Below are positions 42,501-56,319 of a DNA stretch of 64,000 nt, piece after piece (position 1 is the stretch's first letter; each line of letters opens with the position of its first letter). Both the position numbers and the translations under genes were made by a program. Where the stretch lies: assembly GCA_964016885.1 (NCBI GenBank), contig OZ024743.1, positions 83,204,001 through 83,268,000 on the forward strand, in the 5' to 3' direction. The notes below the pieces were generated by a model, which was not told the DNA's origin, did no database searches, and saw nothing but the letters and a program-made list of their open reading frames with translations. The DNA is from Eledone cirrhosa (lineage: Eukaryota).

Positions 42501-43124
42501 TATCATGGCTTAGTGGTTAGAGCATTGGGCTTGCAATCTAAAGGTTGTGAGTTCGATTCTCGGACTGTGTGATGTGTTGTTTCCTTGAGCAAGACACTTT
42601 ATTTCACACTGTTTACTCAGCTGTAAAAATGAGTTGTGTTGTTACTGGTGCCAAGCTGTATCAGCCATAGCCTTTCTCTTGGACAACATCATATATAGTG
42701 TATAATATATACTGTACACAGTATATATATAATATATATATAGTATATATGTTGTGATACTGGTGCCAAGCTGTATCAGCCATTGCCTTTCTCTTGGACA
42801 ACATCATATATAGTGTATAACAAATACTGTACAGTGAATATATAATATATATATATAGTATATATGTTGTGATACTGGTGCCAAGCTGTATCAGCCATTG
42901 TCTTTCTCTTGGATAACATTATATATAGTGCATAATATATCCTGTACACAGAATATATATAATATATGTATGTAAAAGGTTTTAGGAAATTAGTATCAGT
43001 GTATATAAATATTATCAAGAATGACAATAAATGCAGGTGAAAGTTGTGACATGGTTTTACTTTACAGAAGTCAAATAAATTGTTATAAAGAATTGTTACC
43101 ACATGTTGGTGTTCAGGTGGTCAC

Positions 43125-43619
43125 AACTCCCAGACTGGAGTGTGTGGAGGAGAACAGAAAATCTTCTCTTGGTAAGATTCAAGTGTTTCTTTAGGCTGCT
43201 GGTGTTCTTCTTCTTGGGTGCGAAGGAAGTGAAACAGGTGTGTGAGCATCTGTGTGGGCCCGTTTAAGTCTATCAACCGCAATGGTCTCTCTGGATCCCT
43301 TAATGTCTACAGTAATACACGGTAGGGTCCAGAGTACGGTTGTGTGAGAGGTGGTCTCACGGCATCGTTTCTTACAAACATGTGTCCACGAGGCAATATC
43401 CCTCGGGACTGCAGCTTTAATAGTTTGTTTCCTAGTATTCATGGGCGGTAAGTCCTGAAAATAGGAGCGCAAACGAGATAAGTAGGAAACAGGGTCCTGG
43501 AAAGCAAGATAAATAGGGGCAAGCATTTGCCCAGGCAACGCTAGAGGAGCACCATACAGTAATACAGCCGGGGAGAACCCAAGGTCCTCCTTTATTGATG
43601 ACCGAATTCCTAACAACAC
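43125..43619 (-). mobile_element. Gypsy integrase C-terminal remainder
   Basis: VLLGIRSSIKEDLGFSPA.LLYG...LPG...VDRLK; continues the frame broken at ~44945. Confidence 0.85.
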
Positions 43620-44944
43620 AACTCCTATATGCAGATGATCTAACGCTCATAGCTGAATCAATGGCCAAACTAGAGAAGAAATTCCAAACATGGAAGCATG
43701 GCCTAGAATCAAAAGGCCTTAAAATTAACCTGTCTAAGACTAAAGTTCTAGTTTGTACGAAGGAAAATAGGGCGCCGGTCCCATCCAGAAAATAGACATG
43801 CTCAGTGAGTAGGAAAGGAGTAGGTAGAAACTCCATTTTATGTCCCAAATGCAAAGTATGGGGACATAAAAGATGTAGTGGGATCACAGGTAAGCTAACT
43901 AAGAACATAGATTTTATATGTGGCCGGTGCTCTGGTGCAATAAGTAGCAGCAAGTGCCCACAGAATACGAGCTCATTCCATTGCACAGATGGTTCTATAG
44001 AAATAGTGGACAGCTTCCGTTACCTGGGTGACAAAATCAGCAGTGGGGGAGGGTGCTCTGAAAGTACAGCTAGAGTCAGAACTGGATGGAAAAAGTTCAG
44101 AGAGCTTATACCACTATTAGCCGCTAAAGAGTTCTCCCTAAATTGAAAGGCAGGCTGTATAATGCCTGCATATGAACAGCAATGTTGCATGGCAGTGAGA
44201 TCTGGGCATTGTGTGCAGAGGATATACGCAGACTGGAGAGGAACGAAGCTTGCATGCTCCGCTGGATGTGTAATAGTAATATACGTGAACGGCAAAGCAT
44301 AAACGAACTAAGGGAAAAATTAGAAATAAGAGGGATCAGATGTTGTTTACTCGAGAGAAGACTACGTTGGTATGGTCACGTGATGCACATGAAAGACGAC
44401 AGCTGTATAAAAAAGTGCAGGGCAATAAAAATAGACGGTAGCCTGGGACAACTTGATAAATTCCGACCTCACACACTTACACCTCTCCAAGACAATGTCA
44501 CTGGACCGAGACCTTTGGCGTTACACAGTAATAGAGAAGACCCGCCTTACCTAAGTACAAAGTGAAACCTACTACAGTCAGTAGGCACCTCTAACAAACT
44601 ACACCCCCACCCCACTACCCCCACCCCATCCACACCACCCCTTTCAATGTAAAGTTATGTTGGTACCACAACATCCAGCCCTAAACAAATGAGGTTGTGT
44701 AGGTGTCACGACAAAAAAACACACAGTCCACGCTGTAATGTGGCCGTGTAGGTAACACGGTAAAAACCTCCCAGTTCCACACTGTAAATGTGGTTGGTGT
44801 TAGGAAGGGCATCCAGCCGTAGAAAACCCGCCAGACAGTCCTATGCGAGCAAGACAACCACTCTTGCCTCAAGTGGGAAAACTCCCGTCCAAACTCATGC
44901 ATGCGTGGAATATGGACGTTAAACGATGATGATGATGATGATGA
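43620..44944 (+). mobile_element. 5'-truncated RTE-like LINE inserted in the Gypsy integrase
   Basis: LLYADDL...GLKINLSKTK, FRYLGD, LHGSE.W, RRLRWYGHV; (GAT)n tail at 44925-44944. Confidence 0.9.
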
Positions 44945-46400
44945 CAATACGAAGGTACTTGCTCCAACGTTGAGAGTCTGGATAGGCGCGAAGAGCGGCC
45001 TTTAATTGGCGGTGGAATCGTTCCACCATTCCGTTTGAAGCAGGGTGATAGGCTGTGGTCCGAATCCGTTGAGCGCCAATGATCTTTGAGAGCTCAGAGA
45101 AAAGATGAGATTCAAATTGTCTACCATGGTCTGTGGTGACTGTAGTTGGTACCCCAAAGCGGGTAATCCACCCTGATACCAGGGCACGCGCTACAGTCTC
45201 GGCAGTTATATCTTGTAAGGGGATGGCTTCAGGCCATTGCGAAAAAGGATCAATACAGGTCAAGAGGTACGAATATCCACTGCTGAATGGCCAAGGTCCA
45301 ACGATGTCAATGTGGATGTGTTGAAACCGAGCATCTGGAGTACTGAAAGTATCAAGTGGAGTCCAGATGTGTCTGTGGACTTTAGATTTTTGACACTGTG
45401 TGCAGGAACGGCACCAGACAGTAATTTCTCGCCTCATATTGGGCCAGAAAAATCTAGCCGTTATAAGCTTTACTGTGGCAGAAATTCCTGGGTGAGAAAT
45501 GCTGTGCAAAGCAAGGAACACAATTCGACGGTGAGTCTCAGTATCAAATGGTCGTGGTGAATCCGTAGATACATCACATAGAATCTGCTTGTCGGTGGTC
45601 GACAAGGGCAGATATTTGAAGATGCAAGTCGCAAATTCGGCAGAAAGAGTATCCAACGATTGGAGTGCAGGTTGGTCTGCAGCTAAATGACCTAAGTCGA
45701 TCTCCTGGGATGACGAGATGGAGCTGATTGGCAAACGTGACAATGCGTCTGCAGCTATGTTATGCGAGCCAGCAATGAGTTGGATATCATTTGTAAATTG
45801 CGAAACGTAGTCCAGGTGCCTTGTCTCTCTGAGCGAATATCTGTCAGCTTTAGCCCTCAAAGCGAAGGTCAGAGGTTTGTGGTCGGTTAAAACAGTAACA
45901 TCCCTCCCCTCAAGAATATGAGAGAAATGTTTCACCGACAGATATATGGATAATAATTCCCGCCCAAACGTGCTGTAACGCGTTTCTGCTGGTTTCAGCT
46001 TCCTCGAGAAAAATGCTAAAGGTTGTTGGTTTCCAGCATTGAACTGCTGTAAAACTGCTCCCAGAGCGGTATCAGATGCTTCAACACAAAGCGAAAGCTT
46101 GGCCTCTGGTACCGGGTGGGCTAGCAAAAATGAACTAGCGAGTGCTGTCTGGAAGTCTTGAAGCTGTCTTTGTGTCAAGGAAATATCCTCATTCTTCTTA
46201 CGACGATTTTTCAAAATGTCAGTAAGGGAAGATAGCAAATTAGCACAATGAGGAATGAAACGCCTATAGAAATTGATAAGGCCTAAGAAGTGACACAACT
46301 GGTGAAGTGTAGTAGGCGGAGGTAAATCCTGTATGGCTTGAACTCGCTGAGGGAGCAGCCTAATAGCTTCGGCGTCGATGAGGTGGCTTAAAAAATTGCG
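44945..46400 (-). mobile_element. Gypsy pol fragment, copy 2
   Basis: Near-identical to 38-1490; within ORF 44919-46610. Confidence 0.95.
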
Positions 46401-46419
46401 AAACATAGTCCAGGTGCGG

Positions 46420-47010
46420 ATTGGAATTGGAAAAAATGTCTTTAGATAAAAATAACAGGTCCATTCATGTTGACATCTCTTGCAAAACTGTTGGTGCTGG
46501 CGTTGTGTGTAAGATTTATTTTTTAGAAAAGTGGATGATGGAGCATGTCTACCTGAAATGGAAAATAACATTTTGTAAAAAGATCTACACTTGTGCACAT
46601 GCGTAAGCATGTGTGTGTGTGTGTGTTATACATCTGTACGAAGCTAAGAATAAATGTGTGTGTATGTGCATGTAAGTATGAAGCTATGAGCAAAAGTATG
46701 TTAATATAAGGGTGTGTATGTATACAGAGCAGTGAAGGGAAAAGTGGAGTGAGCATATATAGTCGGCCTGTATTAGTTTGAAGAGAAGTCGTTAATGATC
46801 AAGAGAAAGTGATAGGAATCTAGGGGTGTGATAATGGACGGAGTATTAGAGAAATTGGGGAGGTGAGTTGAGGGGAATAGGACCCAAGGCGGTGAATCAG
46901 ACTTTGTTCAGTCCTGGTGCGCGAAGCCTGTGATCCATGATGTAAAAGGACACCCAGGACTGAAACATGTAGGGAAGAATGACCAGGAGAACAGAAATGA
47001 CGGGCGACAG
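46420..47010 (-). mobile_element. Penelope-like element 3' end with GIY-YIG C-terminus
   Basis: VARHFCSPGHS..HVSVLG.......R...EQ.LI.RLGSYSP resembles PLE endonuclease ends; the downstream HHR seen in copy 1 is absent. Confidence 0.7.
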
Positions 47011-47718
47011 TGTATATATACTGTACATAGTGTATATACATAGTATATATGTTGTGATGTCACTGGTGCCAAGTTGTATCAGCCATTGCCTTTCCCATCA
47101 TCATATATGCACAGTGTATATGTAATATATATAGTGTATAAGTAATGTATATATAATATATATAGTGTATATAAATAGTATATATAAAATAGGCGCCACG
47201 GAAAATAGCACCCAGCACTCACTGTAAATGAGGTTAGTGTTAGGAAGGGCATCCAGCTGTAGAAATCAAGCCAGAATCAGTTCCCATATGAGCAATATAT
47301 GGTCATCCGACCTGGCACTGCCAACAACAGGAGAACCCGTCTAACCCATGCTAGCATAGAAGGATGGACGTAAAACGGTGATGATGATGAGTTGTGTTAT
47401 TACTGGTTTCAAGTTGTATCATCCATTACCTTTCTCTTGGACAACATCATATATACTGTACATAGTATATATATAATATATATAGGGTATATATACTGTG
47501 TATAGTGTATATATACTGTACATAGAGTATAGTTTTTAACTGGTTGAAATCCTTCATTCTCAGTTGAAGAGAGGTAGTCACGGTTCTCGGACAGCATTCT
47601 TCACTGTATGAGATGTCATCTGGTGTACCACAGAGATCTGTTCTTGGACCCCTTTTGTTTGTTGCATATGTAGTGGATAAATGTATTCTTTTGTGGATGA
47701 ATGATAAAAAAGAATAAT

Positions 47719-47835
47719 TGTTTCTACTTTTTGGCACAAGGCCAGCAATTACCCAGTGCATTACTGGTACTTTATTTTATCGACCCCGTAAGGATGAAAG
47801 GCAAAGTTAACCTCGGCGGGATTTGAACTCAGATC
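47719..47835 (-). mobile_element. 5'-truncated SINE B with 15-bp TSD, only in copy 2
   Basis: ATAAAAAAGAATAAT at 47704-47718 and 47836-47850; single empty site at 2941-2955. Confidence 0.9.
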
Positions 47836-50800
47836 ATAAAAAAGAATAATGCCAGAATTGTGATGTTGACAATGCTTATTTTACAATAACAATATTTACT
47901 TGTTGCTACATTGAATATCGAGTAATAAAAATTGTGACAGGAATTATCACTACATCAATTTGCTGACTAGCTACTTCGAGCTAACGTGTATGTATGTATG
48001 TATCAATACAATACAATAGAAGTGATTCAACAAGAAGATAAAAGAATAGATAAAACACAGAAGTAAACAGTATAATGAAACCTACTGAGTGTGTGTGTAT
48101 CCTTAGTATTTGTTATTTTGTTATTCCTCTCAAAGACTGGTGCTTCGTTCTCTCTTGTCTGAGAGATAGAGTAAAAGGTCCGTAGATGTCAGTAGAAGTC
48201 TGCAGACCCCAAGAGGTCTGTAGAACGTGAATGTTTCACATCGTTATTCTCTCAAGGGCTGCTGCTTCATGGTCTGGCTGCTGGATTCCTTTTGTACTTG
48301 TATTTATAATAACCCTATAGCTAGAAGGATATGTATACAGGATTGATTTGAGTAGCCATGTGTGTTTCATCTATCATGAAGCTGGGGTCACAGGTCAAGT
48401 GGTATGTACTTTTATCATTGTTGTCTCTTGACAGGACAATGGTGGGAAACTCCCTACGATAGGTGGTCCCAGATGCGAGAACTCTTAGATTCGGTTTCGA
48501 ATCTTTGCCGGATAATTTATAGGAGAATTCCATTACACATATATTAATGACATAGATGCCAACTTAAAGAATGTCACAGTACTAAAATATGCAGATGACA
48601 TCAAGCTGTCCCTTGAGATAAAAAGTACAGATCCTGAACACTTTAGATCTTTCCAGCAATCAGATCTTGATACAATGCAGCAATAGATCACAGACTGGCA
48701 ACTGAAGATGGCTGTGTACAAATTTACCACCATGCATTTATCTATCTATTTAAAGCTGTATATAGCTATGGTGTGACCACACTTAGAATTTGCATCACCA
48801 GTCTGAAACCGCTATCTTGCTCAGAACATTGACCTCCTGGAAATTGTTCAGGGACGAGCAACCAAGTGAATACCCTCCATCTACCATACTCTGAACACCT
48901 TGCTTCCCTGGGCATGGATACATTGAAGCTCCGACGTCTTAAAACTGACTTGGTAAACACCCACAAAATTATTAACCATCTTTCCAACAACAATCCTGAG
49001 CACCTTTTTGAGTTCCATGTGTCTAACACACGTGGACATGCCTACAAAGTCAGAAAACAGCACAGCTCCTATGACTTTCAGAAACATTTGTTCATGCCCA
49101 GAGTTGCTGAAGCATGGAACAAACTACCTGCATCAGTTGTTAACTGTTGGGACACTGCATCCTTTGAAACTTCCATACTTCCTGAAATTCACCAACACTA
49201 CACCTGGTATCCCCCCTCCACACACACACATGTATATCATGACTCATACACTGTTTACTTTCCTGACATTTATACATTATTCTATGTACTATACATGCAC
49301 CTTTGATGAGTTGTAGTGCACCTGAGCACTGTACACAATAATTTCATTCATTAACCAGGAATAAAATTATTCTTGAGATATTATTCACTTTGAACCTGTA
49401 CTTTCTCTATTTCTTGTTCGGGCCTGGTCTATCTATCTATATATATCATCATCAGCATCGTTTAACTTCTATCTTCCACGCTAGCATGGGTTAGATGGGA
49501 ATTGTCCCACTTGAGGCAAGATTGGTCGGATGACCGTGTCTCGCTTGTATAGGAGTATTTTTGACAGCTGGATGCCCTTCCTAACACCAACCACATTTAA
49601 GGTTGGACTGGGAACTTTTTACCGTGTCACATTTCGGATATTTTATAGAATTTATGCCAGTTCCTTTTCTGCATATCGAACATGGCCATTTCCCTGATAG
49701 ATTCAGAGTATTGTCCTCTCTTCTACTTATCAACACTTTTGTCTTAGCTAGGTTCACTCTCAGCCCTCTTGATTCCAACTGCTGTTTCCATAGCCAGAAT
49801 TTATTCTCTAGCTCCTCTACTGATTTTGCTATAAGAACCAGATCATCAGCATAGAGAAGTTCCCATGGACAGCCAGTCTTAAACTCCTCTGTTATGGCTT
49901 GAAGGACTATAATGAACAAGAGTGGGCTGAGGACCAAACCCTGATGAACACCTACTTGTATCTGGAATTCCTCACTAAACTCCATACCTACTCTCACTTT
50001 ACTGACAACACCCCTGTACAAATCTTGCACTGTCCTCACAAGCCATTCCTACACCTAGTTTCCTTAGGGACCACCAGATGCCAGATCAGGGTACCCTATC
50101 AAAGGCCTTCTCTAGGTCAACAAAAGTTAAGTATAGTGGCTTATTCTTCTCTAAGAACCTCTTTTGTAATTGTCTCACCAAGAAGAGGCCATCTGTTGTA
50201 CTTTTCCCAGGCATAAAACCAAACTGCATCTCATCTAGTTTGACCCTTTCTCTAATTAGTTGCGCTAATATTCTCTCTGCCACTTTCATAACCTGATCCA
50301 TCAGTTTTATGCCCCTATAAATGCTCCTCTCCAGGGTTCTTATATATTTTATATATATTTATCCTTATCGAGCCCTCTTTGGATTTAAGTCTTCAAATTT
50401 ATTATTCTTACTATATATATATATACACACGCTCATCCACACACTCACACATATATATAAATATATGTGTGTATAGTACAATTTCCTTCTTATATATATA
50501 TATATGTATTAATATATATGTATATATATATATATATTGTGTGTGTGTATATATATCTATTAATATATAAATGGAGGCACATGGCTTAGTGGTTAGAGCA
50601 TTGGCCTTGCAATCGAAAGGTTGTGAGTTCATATCTCAGACCGGGTGATGTGTTGTTTCCTTGAGCAAGATACTTTATTTCACATTGCTCCAGTTTACTC
50701 AGCTGTAGAAAGGAGATGATAGGACTGGGGTCCCTATCATTCCACTGCAAAGTGGTCGTAGAGGTGCCACGGCAAAAAAGCACCCAGCCCACACTGTAAA

Positions 50801-50896
50801 TGAGGTTGGTGTTAGGAAGAGCATCCAGCTGTAGAAATCAAGCCAGAATCAGTTCTCGTCCCACCCTTGCAAGCAGGGAAAAGCGAACGTATGATG

Positions 50897-50963
<67 letters not shown>

Positions 50964-53481
50964 CTCCATAGATGTGTGTATAACTCAGTAGATGTGTATG
51001 TAACTCAGTAGATGTGTGTATGACTAGTAGATGTGTGTGTTACTCAGTAGATGTGTATAACTCAGATGTGTATGTAATGCAAATAATCGTCCCCCACCCT
51101 TGCTTTGGTCTCAAATAATCATCCCCCAACCTTGCTTTGGTCTCAAATAATCGTACCCTACCCTCGCTTTCATCTCAAATAATTTTCCCCCACCCTCACT
51201 TATTTATTTTTCAGATTTTTTACTCCGCCACCCTGCTCTTGATTCACCCCACCCTCTGTTTATTCAATTTTTCTTATGTCTTGTGAAATATTATTCTATG
51301 TGGTCGCATTCCTGCGATAATATTCTTTAGACATTAAAAAACATTATACATGACATAAAAAATAAATTACTAGAAATCCCATATGTTATAAAATAAATAA
51401 GATGGGTTGGGGTCTTATTATGTAAACTAAATGACTAATTCTGGTTTTCTATCTGCCGTGAAGTTTTACCGATTTACCACACACCCAACGCTTCTTTCTG
51501 TGTTGATGTATTTAATTTAACAAAAAGTGCCTAGCCCACTATGTAAAGTGGTCATGTAGGTGTCATGACAAAAAGCACCTAGCCCTCACTGTAAATTGAT
51601 CTTGTAGGTGTCACAACAAAAAACAACCCAGTCCACACTGTAAAGTGGTCGTGTAGGTGTCATGACAAAAGCATCCAGCCTCACTGTAAAGTGGTTGTGT
51701 ACGTGTCACTACAATAAGCGCTCAGTCCACTATATAAAGTGGTCATGTAGGTGCCATGTCAAAAAACACCCAGCCCTCATCATGTAGGTGTCAGAACAAA
51801 AAGCACCCAATCCACATTGTAAAGTGGTCATGTAGGTGTCATGGTAGAAACACTCAGCCCACATTGTAAAGTGGTCGTGTAGGAGTCACAGCAAAAAGCA
51901 CCCAGCATACTGTAAATATGGTTGGCTTTAGGAAGGGCATCCCTCCGTGTAAACAAAGTCAAACAGTTCTGTATGAGCAAAAGATGGTCACCTAACCCAA
52001 CTTGCTTCAAATGGGACAACCCATCAAACCCATGCTACCGTGGAAAATGACCGTTAAATGATAACGATATATGTATGTATATGTATATGAATTTTTTTTT
52101 TCTTTTACACCTGGGAGTGAAAGGCCCTCAGTTGTGGTCACAACACATTTCAAGTAGAGGGAAACTCTGAAAGAAAACCTGCGGCCTCAGAAGCATCCGA
52201 TGATGTTGACCAGTTCTCCTTTTCGGGTACTGTTTTTGATGTTCAGAGAGTGGGATTGGTTGAGTGCAAGGTCATTCCTCACTTAAAAAACCTTCAAAAC
52301 ACAGGCATTGCTTGTTCAGGATATGTTACAGGTTCGTGTGGCTGGCCGTAGCCTAAAGTTGCACCATTTCCTGTAATCTGACAAGTGATTGCAATACTCT
52401 TAGCAGATTTGCAGCCATCACACACACATATATATATATATATGTATGTATACACATATGTATATATTTGTATATATATGTATATATCCTCATCTTCATT
52501 GTAGACACTCATAATAGAAACTGATACAGGGTAGAGAGCTCTTAAGTCCAGTAAAATAACCTCTCTAGTGCCATGAACAATACACCCAGTCCTTGCTGTA
52601 AAGGGGTTGATGAGAGGAAGGACATCCAACCAGAAAAGAACAAAAAAACGCCAAAATTATGGAAAGCCGTGCAAATAAAATTCCCACTAATTGTGTCTAC
52701 AGGACTAACACAAGTCCTGTTGGTGGGGTGCCTAGGGTAGCCATGTGTGAGAATCCTTTGACTGTTATCAAGCAATCGCTCAGCATTTTTCCCTTCCAGG
52801 TAGAAAGAACTGTTACTCAAGGAACTGTCAAGTTACACATCTCAGGTCTCAGACAATTATCATGTTAGAATGTCATATAAGAATGAAGTTCCTGGGTAAA
52901 GGCTATAGGGCAGACCTCCCAAGAGTTAGAATGATAAAATTTACAGAGCTTGCTGGAATACCACTACTTACATTGGAGAGAATAACTCTGGACAGGAAAG
53001 TTGATATCTACAGATTATCAATATAGAAATATAAATTTCCAATGTTAAATCTATCTCTGTTTCTAAAGTATTCTCTATTATCTCATACTGTTTCTTTCTT
53101 ATTTCAGAATATCGGATGACATTGGAATATATTTACTTTTTAATCTGGAATACATCCCCTCTATTATCATCATTTCAAGACTAAAGATTTTCATACAGAA
53201 CTCATATAACACTGTTTATATAAATCTATGGCAGAATTACTGTGAAATATTTCCTCAGAACTGTGTTTCTTGGAAAAATATCATTTCGTCACCATCTGAA
53301 ATATTTACAAGATGATTTTGAATCTTAACTAAACTTGGATCAGAAAGAAGTTTGCATCATCTTCAGATCTTGACTGAGGTCACAGTTGGGGGAAATATAG
53401 TAGACGAAATATCTTCAGGAATATAATATATAAAGTAAGACAAGAATAACATCTGTAAATTTTGGCAAGGGAAGAAGAAAC

Positions 53482-54780
53482 ATGGAAAATAAATTGAGTG
53501 AGAAGAAGATTATATGTGAAACATTGTCTAAAGATATGGCTATTCCAGAAGAGATACCAAAGTCTAGAGGAGAGAAGCCATTTCACTGTGATGTCTGTGG
53601 TAAATCATTCGTTGTAAGTAGTCACTTAACTAAACACTTACGTACCCATACAGGAGACAAGCCATATGTCTGTGATATCTGTGGTAAATCATTCTCTCGA
53701 AGTAGTAACATAACTTCTCACATACGTACCCATACAGGAGACAAGCCATATGTCTGTGATATCTGTGGTAAATCATTCTCTCTAAGTAGTAACTTAACTT
53801 CTCACATACGTACCCATACAGGAGACAAGCCATATGTCTGTGATATCTGTGGTAAATCATTCTCTCAAATTACTCACTTAACTAGTCACAAACGTACCCA
53901 TACAGGAGACAAGCCAAATCACTGTGACATCTGTGGTAAATCATTCTCTGTAAGTAGTCACTTAACTATTCACAAACGTACCCATACAGGAGACAAGCCA
54001 TATCACTGTGATATCTGTGGTAAATCATTCTCTGTAAGTAGTAGCTTAACTAGTCACAAACGAATACATACAGGAGACAAGCCATATCACTGTGATATCT
54101 GTGGTAAATCATTCTCTCAAATTAGTACCTTAACTACTCACAAACATATACATACAGGAGACAAGCCAAATCACTGTGACATCTGTGGTAAATCATTCTC
54201 TAAAAGTAGTCACTTAACTAGTCACAAACGTACCCATACAGGAGACAAGCCATATCACTGTCATATCTGTGGTAAATCATTCTCTGTAAGTAGTAGCTTA
54301 ACTAGTCACAAACGAATACATACAGGAGACAAGCCATATCACTGTGATATCTGTGGTAAAACATTCCCTGGAAGTAGTACATTGACTACACACATACGCA
54401 CCCATACAGGAGACAAGCCATACCACTGTGACATCTGTGGTAAATCATTCTCTGCTAGTAATACCTTAACTAGACACAAACATATACACACAGGAGACAA
54501 GCCTTACCATTGTGTCATCTGTGGTAAATCGTTCTCTGTAAGTAGTGCCTTAATTTCTCACAAACGTATACATACAGGTGAGAAACCATACCACTGTGAT
54601 ATCTGTGGTAAATCATTCTCTCGAAGTAGTACCTTATCTAGACACAAATGTATACATACAGGAGAGAGGACATATCACTGTGATATCTGTGGGAAATCAT
54701 TCTCTGTAAGTAGTCACTTAACTAAACACTTACATACCCACACAGGTGAGAAGCCATGCCACTGTGATATCTGTGGTTAA
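53482..54780 (+). CDS. Tandem C2H2 zinc-finger protein, paralog 2 (432 aa, 14 fingers)
   Basis: Differs from 8928-10226 at four residues; same TAA stop. Confidence 0.93.
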   Translation: MENKLSEKKIICETLSKDMAIPEEIPKSRGEKPFHCDVCGKSFVVSSHLTKHLRTHTGDKPYVCDICGKSFSRSSNITSHIRTHTGDKPYVCDICGKSFSLSSNLTSHIRTHTGDKPYVCDICGKSFSQITHLTSHKRTHTGDKPNHCDICGKSFSVSSHLTIHKRTHTGDKPYHCDICGKSFSVSSSLTSHKRIHTGDKPYHCDICGKSFSQISTLTTHKHIHTGDKPNHCDICGKSFSKSSHLTSHKRTHTGDKPYHCHICGKSFSVSSSLTSHKRIHTGDKPYHCDICGKTFPGSSTLTTHIRTHTGDKPYHCDICGKSFSASNTLTRHKHIHTGDKPYHCVICGKSFSVSSALISHKRIHTGEKPYHCDICGKSFSRSSTLSRHKCIHTGERTYHCDICGKSFSVSSHLTKHLHTHTGEKPCHCDICG

Positions 54781-56029
<1,249 letters not shown>

Positions 56030-56319
56030 CACTCAAAACAGTGCTAGCAATGTTGTTAATGTTTTGAATAAAACTTGTTTATTCTGAAATTATTCTCCTT
56101 TAATTTTATTTGTAGAAGTTGTAACCAAGACTTGTGCTGACAAAACTGCATGCTACAGAATTTACAAACACTATATATATATAGTAATAATAATAAATGG
56201 GAAGAATAAAATCCGAAGAGGGCTCGATAAGGATAAATATATATCAAATACATAAAAACCATAGAAGAAAGATTTATAACAAAAAAAAACAGATTAAAGT
56301 TTAAGCAAAGAATATATAT

